Shown here in pieces: positions 1 through 9,645 of a DNA stretch of 64,000 bases. Made by a program: the position numbers and the translations under genes. Position 1 is the stretch's first letter, and each line of letters opens with the position of its first letter. The notes beneath the pieces were generated by a model. It did no database searches. It worked only from the letters and a program-made list of their open reading frames with translations, and was not told the DNA's origin. This DNA is from a virus: IMG/VR virus record IMGVR_UViG_3300042691_005581, positions 13,360 through 77,359 of that record. One strand, given 5' to 3'.

Positions 1-1054
1 GGGTGGCCTCACACTGCACGGCACAACTGACAAAACATTAACTTATAACAACTCTGCTACAGCATGGACTTCAAACATCAATTATAATATTGCTGGTACC
101 GGAACTTATAAAATTAATGCCGTTAATGTGTTGTCGTCGAGTACATTAGGCACCGGAGTTACTCAAACATCAATTACTAGAGTAGGAGTTCTAGAAGAAC
201 TAACAGTTACTAATGTATTGATTAAAGGCAATGCTATTTCTAGCACACGGGCACAATATGCTATTACTTCAATTGGTGCTACTACTGCAACCAGTATAAC
301 TACTGGATCGTCAATTACTGTAAATGTAAGTGGAGTAATACCGTTCTTGAGTACAGGCTCTACAATTACAGTTGATGGTATTATTCAAACTGAATTTAAT
401 CAAGTATATCTAGTTAATACAGTTACTAATGTAACAGCTTCGACTACTCAATTTACAGTTAGTGCAACAACAAATCTAACAACATCGTCTACAGCCAATC
501 TTGGTGCAAATCCTATTGTTATTATGGATGATTTGATGTTACATGCAAGGACTGGCGCAGATATAGATGTAACTGGGCAACGAGTTAAAAATCTAGCGTA
601 TTCTTTAGTACCTTCAGATGCGGCTACTGTACAATTAGTCTATGACACTCAGGCCATTAACTTATTAAAAGGATTTTCTGTCACGTTGGACATTACTTAT
701 ATGACCAACCCGGATAACATAGAAATTCCTAACATATTAGAAAAATTGTTACCACCTACAAATGCAAACATTGCTCCTTATTCTAACGAATCGGCATACG
801 ATTTAGCATTAGGAACCCGAGCAAGAGTATTGTGTGTAACTAATCAAGTAACGGTAAGAAATGTTCCTATTAACGTAGTCACTACTTCTACTACAGTTTC
901 AGATTGGCCTGCTGGTGCACCAACAGATGTATTGCAATATATTTCAGTAACATCGGGTGTATTAACAACTGCTACTGTTTCAACTTATACAGTAAAAGAA
1001 TTTAGAGTAACTGGTAGTCCCAAAATATGGACTTGGTTTAGAAATATACCCTAA
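1..1054 (+). CDS. Virion structural/tail fibre-associated protein, 5'-truncated by window edge
   Basis: Frame is open from position 2 (GGLTLHGTTDKT...) into the 128..1054 ORF; Thr/Ser/Val-rich beta-type sequence; next to tail fibre genes. Confidence 0.6.
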   Translation, partial: GGLTLHGTTDKTLTYNNSATAWTSNINYNIAGTGTYKINAVNVLSSSTLGTGVTQTSITRVGVLEELTVTNVLIKGNAISSTRAQYAITSIGATTATSITTGSSITVNVSGVIPFLSTGSTITVDGIIQTEFNQVYLVNTVTNVTASTTQFTVSATTNLTTSSTANLGANPIVIMDDLMLHARTGADIDVTGQRVKNLAYSLVPSDAATVQLVYDTQAINLLKGFSVTLDITYMTNPDNIEIPNILEKLLPPTNANIAPYSNESAYDLALGTRARVLCVTNQVTVRNVPINVVTTSTTVSDWPAGAPTDVLQYISVTSGVLTTATVSTYTVKEFRVTGSPKIWTWFRNIP

Positions 1055-1067
1055 TTAAGGATTTAGA

Positions 1068-1982
1068 ATGACATATCAAATTAGAAAAACTGACGGAACT
1101 TTGGTGTTATCTCTAGCGCCTGGCCTAACCGATAAAACTAAAACAAGTATTGCTCTAATTGGAAAAAATGTTCCCGAATTTGGTAAGGATCAAAATGAAA
1201 ATTTTGTAAAACTCCTTGAAAATTTTTCAAATAATTCGGAACCAGGTAATTCTATAAAGGGTCAATTGTGGTTCAACACTGCACAAGATCAAATTTATGT
1301 TAAAACTTCAACAGGATTTAAATCTATTGGACCTTTTGCAGATATTTCCACACCTAATTTAACTAATATAGGTGAAACTCCGGCTACTACTGCATATGTT
1401 CATAGTGTGTTGCCTAAAGGTTCTATAATAATGTGGAGCGGCATATTAGAGACTATCCCTGCTGGATGGGCATTATGCGATGGTAATTCGGGGGCGTCTA
1501 TAAATGGTCAACCTATACCCGATTTACGAGACAGATTTGTTATGGGTGCAGGAAACACCTACGACGTATTGATAGCAGGAGGCACTAGGACGCTAACTGA
1601 AATACCATTACACTCTCATGGAATTTCTGGATCAACAACAGCTAACGATAGAGGACATACTCACGGCGGCATCACTACCAATGCAGGACTTCATCATCAT
1701 GTGTTTCCTGGAGATGATCAATTGTTTAATGCAGATAACCAAGGTGGATGGACTGCTATTCCTGTTGCTCCTTTTAATTATGATGCTAGATCTGTATTAG
1801 GTGGCGGTGGCCAAATTTGGCAGACGTCCCAGGCTGGTACGCACAATCATACATTTACCACAGCCGGAGAATCAACTAATCATATACATTCTTTTACTGG
1901 GAATACTTCTAATGCAGGTAGTAGTTCTGTAGATATTACAAATCCATATGTTGCATTGGCCTTCATCATAAAAGTAATCTAA
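1068..1982 (+). CDS. Tail fibre/baseplate protein with tail-collar-like domain
   Basis: GSIIMWSG..IPAGWALCDG..PDLRDRFVMGAG collar motif, HxH repeats, C-terminal PYVALAFIIK; N-terminus (LIGKN..G..QNENFVKLLENF) shared with next ORF. Confidence 0.75.
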   Translation: MTYQIRKTDGTLVLSLAPGLTDKTKTSIALIGKNVPEFGKDQNENFVKLLENFSNNSEPGNSIKGQLWFNTAQDQIYVKTSTGFKSIGPFADISTPNLTNIGETPATTAYVHSVLPKGSIIMWSGILETIPAGWALCDGNSGASINGQPIPDLRDRFVMGAGNTYDVLIAGGTRTLTEIPLHSHGISGSTTANDRGHTHGGITTNAGLHHHVFPGDDQLFNADNQGGWTAIPVAPFNYDARSVLGGGGQIWQTSQAGTHNHTFTTAGESTNHIHSFTGNTSNAGSSSVDITNPYVALAFIIKVI

Positions 1983-2014
1983 TCAGTAAATATTTTAAAA
2001 TTTGGGGAACATGA

Positions 2015-3220
2015 ATGCCATATACAATATATAAAACAAACGGTGTGCGATTAACTACTATTGAAGATGGTAAATTAAATTTAGCAACCGATTTACAATT
2101 AGTAGGTAAAAACTATGCTGGATATGGACAGATAGTAAATGATAACTTAGTTAAGTTGTTAGAAAATTTTGCTAATGGAACTGCACCCTCAAAGGCATTG
2201 ACTGGTCAAATATGGTATGATACTCTTAACAAAAAATTAAAAGTTTATAACGGATCTAAATGGAGTCAAGTTTTACCTACCACTATTTCGGCAATTCGTC
2301 CAGTTGATTTATCTGATAATGAATTTTGGTTTGATTCTGTAAACTTTAAATTATATTTAAAACATGGTGATACTTTTAGATTAATAGGTCCTAGCACTAC
2401 AACGTCTGGCCCAGGCTCGGGATCTACACTAACTACTACAGAAGTAGTATCTAGCACAGAAGTTACTTACGACATTATTAAATTAGTAATTGGTGAAGCA
2501 ACAGTTGCAATTATTTCTGATCAAACTTTTGATGTTAAAACAACTGATCCTACTTATGCAGAAACTACTAAAATAGTTAAGGGGATAACGTTAATAGGAG
2601 CAGATCCGTTAACTGGAGTTTCTTCAGACAGCGAATCATTTTTTTGGGGAACTGCTGCCGATTCTGAAAAGTTAGCCGGGCGCCCCTCTACTGATTTTTT
2701 ATTAGCTTCTGCAATTAACGATATTGCAAGTGAGATCACTCAACTAACTGATATTACATTTATAAGTTCGGGATCACCTTCTACACCTGGCATTATTGAA
2801 GGTGCTTGGTCATTAAGTTCTGGATCTACATTAAACGCAACCTATGCCGACTTGGCAGAAAGATACGAAGCAGATGCAGTATACGAACCTGGCACTGTTT
2901 TGGTATTAGGTGGCAATAAGGAAGTAACAATTAGTCAATCTTTAGGTGATACTGCTGTTGCTGGAGTTGTTAGCACTGCACCTGCATTCAAACTGAATTC
3001 TTCTGCAGGCAATGACGAAACGCATCCCTATATTGCATTGACTGGTAGAATACCTTGTAAGGTAATCGGCGAAATTAAAAAGGGAGACCTGCTTATTACC
3101 AGTAATACTCCGGGAGTTGCTACATCAGGTAAGAAGCAGGCTGATCCAAACTCTGTAATTGGAAGAGCAATGCAAGATTACTCATCCAATGAAATTGGAC
3201 TAATAGAAATTAAAGTTTAA
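2015..3220 (+). CDS. Tail fibre/baseplate protein with C-terminal autoproteolytic (peptidase G2/IMC-like) domain
   Basis: LVGKNYAGYG..NLVKLLENFA..GQIWYD N-terminus; YADLAERY..GVVST.P..ALTGRIPCKV.G...KGDLL C-terminal domain. Confidence 0.7.
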   Translation: MPYTIYKTNGVRLTTIEDGKLNLATDLQLVGKNYAGYGQIVNDNLVKLLENFANGTAPSKALTGQIWYDTLNKKLKVYNGSKWSQVLPTTISAIRPVDLSDNEFWFDSVNFKLYLKHGDTFRLIGPSTTTSGPGSGSTLTTTEVVSSTEVTYDIIKLVIGEATVAIISDQTFDVKTTDPTYAETTKIVKGITLIGADPLTGVSSDSESFFWGTAADSEKLAGRPSTDFLLASAINDIASEITQLTDITFISSGSPSTPGIIEGAWSLSSGSTLNATYADLAERYEADAVYEPGTVLVLGGNKEVTISQSLGDTAVAGVVSTAPAFKLNSSAGNDETHPYIALTGRIPCKVIGEIKKGDLLITSNTPGVATSGKKQADPNSVIGRAMQDYSSNEIGLIEIKV

Positions 3221-4101
3221 ACAGCCATGTCTGCCTTAATTGGCTCGTGACTTTGATAATTTTCTAATGTAATATCGGACATTTCGAAGTGTGTGATAAC
3301 ATCGATATCGTCAGTTAATTTAAGTTCGGCCAACGGCAAGGGCTTTCTAGATAGTTGCTCTTTTACTTGCTCTACGTGATTTTCGTAGATGTGCGCATCT
3401 CCAACAGCAATAATTAATTCACCAACTTCTAAATTGCATACTTGTGCAACCATATGAGTGAATAATGCATAAGATGCAATATTAAAAGGCATGCCAAGAA
3501 ACATATCTGCACTACGCTGATACATTTGGCAACTTAGTTTACCGTTGCTAACATAAAATTGAGCCATCATATGACAGGGCGGCAAAGCCATCATGTCTAG
3601 TTCTCCGGGATTCCATGCTGAAATAATATGTCTTCGGCTGTAAGGATCTTCCTTAATTCCGTTAATTAATTCAATCAACTGATCGTGATTTTGTAATACA
3701 ACTTTGTTAATACGTACCAAAGGTTTACGCCATTTGCGCCATTGAACTCCATAAATTCTACCTAGATCGCCGGCGTGTCGCTGAAGTCGTTTTTCTACCC
3801 AATAAGGTGCAGTTGCATTGTCTGACCAAATTGTTTTCTTGTCAGTGTAACGTTCACCGTGTAAAATTTCTCTCAAACGATTCTCATCACCACTGCCTTC
3901 GATGAACCAAAGTAATTCAGATACTACTGCCTTCCATGCGAGTTTTTTAGTAGTAACGGCCGGAAATCCAGCCGCTAAATCAAAACGCATTTGCACTCCA
4001 AATTTACTGATAGTTCCTACACCTGTACGATCTGGCCGGTGCTCTCCGGATTCTAAAATATCTTTTAGTGCATTTAGATAAGCGTGTTCTGGATGTTTCA
4101 T
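3217..4101 (-). CDS. thyA: Thymidylate synthase
   Basis: DRTGVGT, ELLWF, YGVQWR, MALPPCH, YQRSAD, PFNIASY, GDAHIY motifs. Confidence 0.98.
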   Translation of the reverse strand: MKHPEHAYLNALKDILESGEHRPDRTGVGTISKFGVQMRFDLAAGFPAVTTKKLAWKAVVSELLWFIEGSGDENRLREILHGERYTDKKTIWSDNATAPYWVEKRLQRHAGDLGRIYGVQWRKWRKPLVRINKVVLQNHDQLIELINGIKEDPYSRRHIISAWNPGELDMMALPPCHMMAQFYVSNGKLSCQMYQRSADMFLGMPFNIASYALFTHMVAQVCNLEVGELIIAVGDAHIYENHVEQVKEQLSRKPLPLAELKLTDDIDVITHFEMSDITLENYQSHEPIKADMAV

Positions 4102-4574
4102 ATGTTATATTCTTTCATTGTATATCTTACTGGATCAGTAACTGTAGCATGTTCTTTGACTTTTGTAAAGTTTTCTTTTACATAAGAAAGATCAAAAAAC
4201 TTATCACACTCATAGTCGGCATCAATTTCTGTTACATAAAATCTATCAATAATATCTAAGTATTGCTGATAAACGGCACTTCCGCCAATGATGAATATAT
4301 CCTTATCGGGGTACTCTACTGAACAAAAATCTAATGCTTCTCCGCAGTCGCTAAACGTATGATCGCCTAATTCACGTTTTCTACTGATTACTACGTTGAC
4401 ACGATTGGGTAACGATTTACCTAAACTGTCATATGTAGTTGATCCCATGATAACAACATTACCAGTAGTTAGTTGTCTAAACCATTGCATATCACCTTTA
4501 AGGTGAGGCCAGGGCATTTGACCATTAAATCCAATACCCTGACTACGCTCTACTGCCACAATACAGTTGATCAT
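4098..4574 (-). CDS. folA: Dihydrofolate reductase
   Basis: GIG..GQMPW.HLKGDM, VIMG, LPNRVNVVISR, IIGG, DKFF; translationally coupled to thyA. Confidence 0.95.
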   Translation of the reverse strand: MINCIVAVERSQGIGFNGQMPWPHLKGDMQWFRQLTTGNVVIMGSTTYDSLGKSLPNRVNVVISRKRELGDHTFSDCGEALDFCSVEYPDKDIFIIGGSAVYQQYLDIIDRFYVTEIDADYECDKFFDLSYVKENFTKVKEHATVTDPVRYTMKEYNI

Positions 4575-5164
4575 TCTGCAACGACTTTTTCTACTTTCTC
4601 TTTTTTCTTGGGAGGATCGATTTCGTCTGCTTTCTTTCGAAGTTGTTGAGCTTGCTTAAACAATGCATCAGCCTTACTTCTCAATTCTGCGGGACTTAGG
4701 TCTAGACTCTGACCAGTATCGTCTGTAATAACAATAGAGGACTCTTCTTTAGCAACAGATTTCTTTTCTGCTTTTTTCTGAGCACCATCTGACACTGCAA
4801 GATCTTCTAGAGAAATTCCTTTTTGATCTGCAATGATTGCATTTAGCTCGTCTAACGGAATTTGTGTTTGTGCATCCGGAGTCATCATCACCATACTTGT
4901 TTTTACTTTAATAAGGTGCTTGTTCGAGTGAAGATAACCTAACATGTTAGATCCATCTGGAAATCTTCTAGCCGAAAGAATATCGGCTAATTCGTTTGCT
5001 TGTTGCCCGCTGTCGCCTTCGATTACATTCATCAACGTATCGTGATAACTGTCGCCGAGTCCGTGAGTTCCTACAACAAGACAACTAGTATGATCTCCAG
5101 GTAGTGTTCTGTACACTACTGCAACTCTTGCAGAGTTATTTTTCATTTTACCAACATGTTTCAT
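4571..5164 (-). CDS. Hypothetical phage protein
   Basis: 197-aa ORF with AAGGA RBS, coupled to folA. Confidence 0.6.
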   Translation of the reverse strand: MKHVGKMKNNSARVAVVYRTLPGDHTSCLVVGTHGLGDSYHDTLMNVIEGDSGQQANELADILSARRFPDGSNMLGYLHSNKHLIKVKTSMVMMTPDAQTQIPLDELNAIIADQKGISLEDLAVSDGAQKKAEKKSVAKEESSIVITDDTGQSLDLSPAELRSKADALFKQAQQLRKKADEIDPPKKKEKVEKVVAE

Positions 5165-5181
5165 GTTATTTCCTTTTTAAT

Positions 5182-5391
5182 TTATTCTGTAGGTGCTTGT
5201 TCAGCCGGTGCCACAGCATTTAAAAATGCATCTAGACGATTGAACGTATTACCCACAGCGGCCATTTCACCGGCATTAAAAGCACCACGACGACTTGCGG
5301 CGTCAATAATAGCTCTAATATTTTGAAGATCTGTAATTGTAAGATCTGGGCCTTGCGGCTGTTGGGTTTCTTGAGTTTCTTGATTTTCCAT
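5182..5391 (-). CDS. Small hypothetical protein
   Basis: AAGGAGA RBS; in operon order. Confidence 0.6.
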   Translation of the reverse strand: MENQETQETQQPQGPDLTITDLQNIRAIIDAASRRGAFNAGEMAAVGNTFNRLDAFLNAVAPAEQAPTE

Positions 5392-5400
5392 AATATCTCC

Positions 5401-5682
5401 TTAATTTTTATATAGGAACGGGCATCCTAAACTTAACATAGTAAGCTCTTTAGGATCCTCGACCCCAATTTCGCATACTTCTGCTATTTTACTATTTTTA
5501 TCTAACATATGAGATTTTTTGACACAGTATCGACTGTTTAAATTAACATAAATCCATTGGTCGATCTCTGCCATATATCTCGTATTTTCGGTATACGTTT
5601 TTGCAAAATGAAAAGGTATGTGCGTAACAATACGCACCCCTAGAACATTTAACGGATTAACTGTTCCTCTTATTAATGCCAT
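5401..5682 (-). CDS. Hypothetical protein
   Basis: ORF fills the gap in co-oriented gene run. Confidence 0.55.
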   Translation of the reverse strand: MALIRGTVNPLNVLGVRIVTHIPFHFAKTYTENTRYMAEIDQWIYVNLNSRYCVKKSHMLDKNSKIAEVCEIGVEDPKELTMLSLGCPFLYKN

Positions 5683-5705
5683 AATATACCTACTTTATAC
5701 GTCTT

Positions 5706-6962
5706 TTATTTATAGTGCGCGGTCTGGCCGAATGGTGCAATTATGGAATCATTTCCGTGAATAATGAACAATGATTCGCAATAATTTTCGTCACCCCAAC
5801 TGCCGCAAGGATACCCGTCTGTAAACATAATAAAACGTTTTGGTTCAATGCCTTCATGTTTCATAAAATCGTAGTTGGCATCAAAATCTGTTCCACCGCC
5901 ACCTTTGCATTCGTATTCCATAATTTCATCGGCAGTGTCGCCTGTGAACTGTTTATATCCGTACACTTCTGTATCGAAGCACCAAAGATCTAGTTTAAAA
6001 TCTTGATACTCATCCATAATACCTTTGACTTCGCTCAAGAAATCCATAGCCTGTTGATTTGAGATAGACCCTGACATGTCAATTGCTACAGATACATCGA
6101 TAGTTTCTTCATTCATCATGCCTGGCAAGATGGCTCCGCAATGTTGGCTCTTGCGGTTAGGACGACTGAAGCTAAAATTGCTCTTCATAATACTTTGAAT
6201 ATTCATTCGAAGCATCTGTCTCCAGTCCATTTTAGGTTCTGTAAAATCTGTAATAAGTCTTTGAAGGGAAGCAGGTACTCGGCCAGCGCCTGCACTTTGT
6301 GCCGCCGCAATCATAGCCTCTTTGATCTCGTCACGGATCTGTTTCTTTTCTTCGGCAGTCAATGTAGGACGACCCTTGCCTTGTTTATCTCCATCTTCTC
6401 CTTCGCTATCACCATCGCCTTCACCGTCCAGGTGCTCGTCGAGCAATTCGCCAAGTTGACTCAAATCAATCTTTTCAGCTTTTTCGTACAGCTCATTATA
6501 AATCTGTTCGTAGCTCCAGCCTCGGTATTTGTTGTCTTGATAGATCTTGATGAAATTAGGCACTTCGCCAATCTTCTCATCTTTAAGAATTTGGTTAGCC
6601 GCATAGTCAGCCGCAATATTAGACAGTTGGGGATCACGGCCTTCGCGGCGTCCCATGTGATCAAACACATTGTGAAGAACTTCGTGTGCAAAGCCAAACT
6701 CTGCTTCTTTGGGTTTGAGTTTGTCAACAAATTCGTTGTTGTAATAAAAATTGCGACCATCTGTAGCCAGTGTTGAGCACCAGTCAGATGCATCAATCAG
6801 TTGCATTCGAGTGGCAAGATTGCCAAAGAAAGGATGACGCAACAGCAGACCTACTCGTGCTGTAATTAGCTTATCCAGAATTTTATTTTTTTCTGCTGGA
6901 GAAAATTCTTTTGGCGCGGCAGACTTTTTAACTTTTTCCTGTTTCATTACAGTGTTAGACAT
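5706..6962 (-). CDS. Metallopeptidase-like + vWA domain protein (DUF2201-type), MoxR partner
   Basis: ATDG, HEVLH zincin motif, N.AADY..N, MIDAS DMSGS, GGGGTDF, FTDGY. Confidence 0.9.
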   Translation of the reverse strand: MSNTVMKQEKVKKSAAPKEFSPAEKNKILDKLITARVGLLLRHPFFGNLATRMQLIDASDWCSTLATDGRNFYYNNEFVDKLKPKEAEFGFAHEVLHNVFDHMGRREGRDPQLSNIAADYAANQILKDEKIGEVPNFIKIYQDNKYRGWSYEQIYNELYEKAEKIDLSQLGELLDEHLDGEGDGDSEGEDGDKQGKGRPTLTAEEKKQIRDEIKEAMIAAAQSAGAGRVPASLQRLITDFTEPKMDWRQMLRMNIQSIMKSNFSFSRPNRKSQHCGAILPGMMNEETIDVSVAIDMSGSISNQQAMDFLSEVKGIMDEYQDFKLDLWCFDTEVYGYKQFTGDTADEIMEYECKGGGGTDFDANYDFMKHEGIEPKRFIMFTDGYPCGSWGDENYCESLFIIHGNDSIIAPFGQTAHYK

Positions 6963-7020
6963 GATATATTCCTTTACAAAGCAATAACAATTATATACTC
7001 AAAATGAAAAAATAGCAAGT

Positions 7021-7041
7021 AAAAAGGGCCCCGAAGGGCCC
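7021..7041 (-). terminator. Rho-independent terminator with C(UUCG)G tetraloop
   Basis: Minus strand reads GGGCCC-TTCG-GGGCCC-TTTTT directly after the MoxR stop. Confidence 0.85.
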
Positions 7042-7045
7042 AATT

Positions 7046-8128
7046 TTATCCTTCCATTGCTTGGATAATGTATTTTCCATACTTGTCATGGAACTTATCA
7101 AAATGCTTCAACTTTGAGGCATCAAATGGCAAGTTGTAATTAGTCAATGCAACCTTAGCACCCATAACAACCAATTCAGTTGGGAAATTATCCATCATGA
7201 ATTTGAAGAAGCAGTCTGCCATTTCGTCCCAGTTCTTGGCCTTCTTGCGGTCAGCCTCTTGAAGCTCGTAGCACAGACTAATGGTCAAAGAGTACATTGC
7301 AGAGATTTCTTTGATATCGCATTTGGCTACCTTACCCGACAAAATGTCTTCGGGCTTAGGCATTTGTTTAGCAACCTTACGGTGAGCCATAAACTTAACA
7401 GCAAGGCCCTCACCGATAGCACCAGCTACTAGATCTGTCAATGTGCCTTCATCTAGATCGTCATCTGTCAACAACTCGCTAACAAATGACCAGCTACGTG
7501 GAGTGGCAAATGCACGGCTTGAACTCTTTGGATCAAAGTCGTAAAGATCTTGTTTTGCAAAACCAACATAACCAACAACCTGTTCGTGAACACGATTGTT
7601 AGTAGCCCATTGCATCCAATCTTCGTAATCAGTTTTAAGTTCCAAGTGGACGAAACGATTAGCCAACGGAGCAGGCATACGATAAGTTACACCCTTGTCA
7701 GTTTCACGGTTACCTGCGGCAACAATTGCAACACCTTTGGGCAGTACATAAGTACCTACACGACGATTAAGCACCAACTGGAATGCCGCCGCCTGTGTAG
7801 CAGGAGCCGCAGAATTTAACTCGTCCAAGAACAAGATTGCAGTAGATTCCGGATCAGTGGGCAGTTCTGCTGGAGGGGCCCAAGTCATTGTATTAGAATT
7901 GGAATTGTAATATGGAATACCTTTGATATCGGTAGGTTCCCACAATGACAGTCGAACGTCAATAACTTCGCGATCAGATTCGTCACCGATTTGTTTAACA
8001 ATATCAGACTTACCGATACCTGGGGGACCCCACATAAACACGGGACGTTGGATTTTAACACATTTACGAAGACTACGTTTTGCTTCGTTTGGGGTAACGG
8101 TGCGATTAGCACTCATTTTTTCAGCCAT
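7046..8128 (-). CDS. MoxR-type AAA+ ATPase
   Basis: Walker A GPPGIGKS, Walker B LFLDE, AAGN, LANRF, TPRSW; adjacent vWA gene. Confidence 0.92.
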   Translation of the reverse strand: MAEKMSANRTVTPNEAKRSLRKCVKIQRPVFMWGPPGIGKSDIVKQIGDESDREVIDVRLSLWEPTDIKGIPYYNSNSNTMTWAPPAELPTDPESTAILFLDELNSAAPATQAAAFQLVLNRRVGTYVLPKGVAIVAAGNRETDKGVTYRMPAPLANRFVHLELKTDYEDWMQWATNNRVHEQVVGYVGFAKQDLYDFDPKSSSRAFATPRSWSFVSELLTDDDLDEGTLTDLVAGAIGEGLAVKFMAHRKVAKQMPKPEDILSGKVAKCDIKEISAMYSLTISLCYELQEADRKKAKNWDEMADCFFKFMMDNFPTELVVMGAKVALTNYNLPFDASKLKHFDKFHDKYGKYIIQAMEG

Positions 8129-8180
8129 TTTATACCTTTCAAAAATTAAACAGCGGACGGAAACTTGTTAAGTTGTTACT

Positions 8181-8209
8181 ATTGTAGCTGAAATATTGAA
8201 AGTTGTCAA
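8181..8209 (-). promoter_or_regulatory. sigma70-type promoter TTGACA-17-TACAAT
   Basis: Consensus hexamers with 17-bp spacer upstream of MoxR gene. Confidence 0.8.
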
Positions 8210-8604
8210 GAGTTAGAACTGTTGTTTTTTTGCGACATTGTTTTAGCTAGTGTGTACTTTTGGAGATCTCCGCTAAAAAGTACCAATTGGATAGCCATTT
8301 TTTCCGTAAACACTTTGATATAATTTCTGGAAACAAAATACGGACCGTCTATAAATCTTTCTAGATCTAAAATAAATTGATTTGTAACAGTTTCTAAAGG
8401 TGTTGGGAATATAATTTTATATGTTTTTAATTTTAATTTCTCTTCAAAATCCTCACACCCTCTATCAGTTAGGCGCATACTTTGAAAATTATTAGGCCTT
8501 GGGTTTACCCACCAAAGTCTGTACCAATCTTTTAATGATTTTTGGTCAGTTGAAATCTCTAGTTGTTCAAGAAGAGTCTTAGTTAATTGAGTCTTTTGAT
8601 CCAT
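8206..8604 (-). CDS. Hypothetical protein
   Basis: 132-aa ORF overlapping upstream gene end. Confidence 0.6.
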   Translation of the reverse strand: MDQKTQLTKTLLEQLEISTDQKSLKDWYRLWWVNPRPNNFQSMRLTDRGCEDFEEKLKLKTYKIIFPTPLETVTNQFILDLERFIDGPYFVSRNYIKVFTEKMAIQLVLFSGDLQKYTLAKTMSQKNNSSNS

Positions 8605-8890
8605 TTAAATCTACCTGTTCTCCGGTAGTCAACTTAACCACTGCAAAGTCTTTGCAATTGAATAATTTATTAAGTTTTTCAGCAAGATTAAATGCATGTC
8701 CGCTATTTGAAAAACTTACTTTTTTATATTTAGGACCCAATTGTTGGGCAATAATACTGGTTGTTTTTAAGTTTACAGGTTTTAGTTTATAGAATACAGC
8801 CCAGATAGCATCAGCCTCTAAAACCTGTTCTGTTTTATAGGTTTTTTTATTTGTAACTTCTAATAATACCTTTGGCTTAGGCCTAGACAT
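8579..8890 (-). CDS. Hypothetical basic protein
   Basis: GGAG RBS, upstream TAAATA. Confidence 0.65.
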   Translation of the reverse strand: MSRPKPKVLLEVTNKKTYKTEQVLEADAIWAVFYKLKPVNLKTTSIIAQQLGPKYKKVSFSNSGHAFNLAEKLNKLFNCKDFAVVKLTTGEQVDLNGSKDSIN

Positions 8891-8935
8891 ATGCGTATCT
8901 CCGATTTTATACGCATATATTTATTAGAAGTTTGA

Positions 8936-9160
8936 TTAAAGTTGACCGCCGTCCATTTTAATAGAAATGTTTCCGTCAATTTGTTGTACAGTTTGTCCAA
9001 TTTGGCTAGTATTGGCTAACCGTGTCATAGTTACCGCAAGACAATCATACAATGCTTCTACATCTTTTATGTCTAAATTTAGACTCTTTTGATTAGTTTT
9101 TAAGGCAATTCTGGCCTTTTCTAAAAAGATTTCTATTGGAAATGTGTTTAAATTATTCAT
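8936..9160 (-). CDS. Hypothetical protein
   Basis: ATGA-coupled to upstream ORF. Confidence 0.55.
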   Translation of the reverse strand: MNNLNTFPIEIFLEKARIALKTNQKSLNLDIKDVEALYDCLAVTMTRLANTSQIGQTVQQIDGNISIKMDGGQL

Positions 9161-9645
9161 TTATCTTTGCTCAACTGCACTAGTGCTTGTTTCATATCTT
9201 CTTCTGTTTTAAAAGGGCCTTTAAATGCATACCGTTCTAATGTAATCAGTTTAGGACAGAAACTTTTAACCCAACCTTTTCGAAACTGTATAACATAATA
9301 TCCTGCACAATATAAACTTTTACTTTTGCCGCTCTTAGAATAGATTGGAAGTTTTTTCTTAATATTATATACAGGATTATGTGGTTTGCTACTACATAAA
9401 AATTCGTAAACACTATTTTCGGTAGTAGTTTTAGTCTTAGATACTTTGACGATTTTTTCAACTTCCTTAGTTACATCGTCACCAAATTGATTTTTAATAT
9501 CTTCTTTTGATACTAGATCTATCTTTTCTCCGCGTCGATAAAAACTAAAACCTTTCTTTTCTTTATTCAAAGTTCCTAGTTTCTTTCCACCGTCTTCGAC
9601 TATCCAAATTTTATTTGGGACTAATACTTTAGCAACTGCATTCAT
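9157..9645 (-). CDS. Hypothetical protein
   Basis: ATGA-coupled to nuclease gene. Confidence 0.65.
   Translation of the reverse strand: MNAVAKVLVPNKIWIVEDGGKKLGTLNKEKKGFSFYRRGEKIDLVSKEDIKNQFGDDVTKEVEKIVKVSKTKTTTENSVYEFLCSSKPHNPVYNIKKKLPIYSKSGKSKSLYCAGYYVIQFRKGWVKSFCPKLITLERYAFKGPFKTEEDMKQALVQLSKDK

Noticed and set aside
6141-6776. 211-aa plus-strand ORF and the many other 60-150 aa antisense or alternate-frame ORFs in the track
   Set aside because: They lie wholly within well-supported genes and have no RBS or motifs; they are shadow ORFs.
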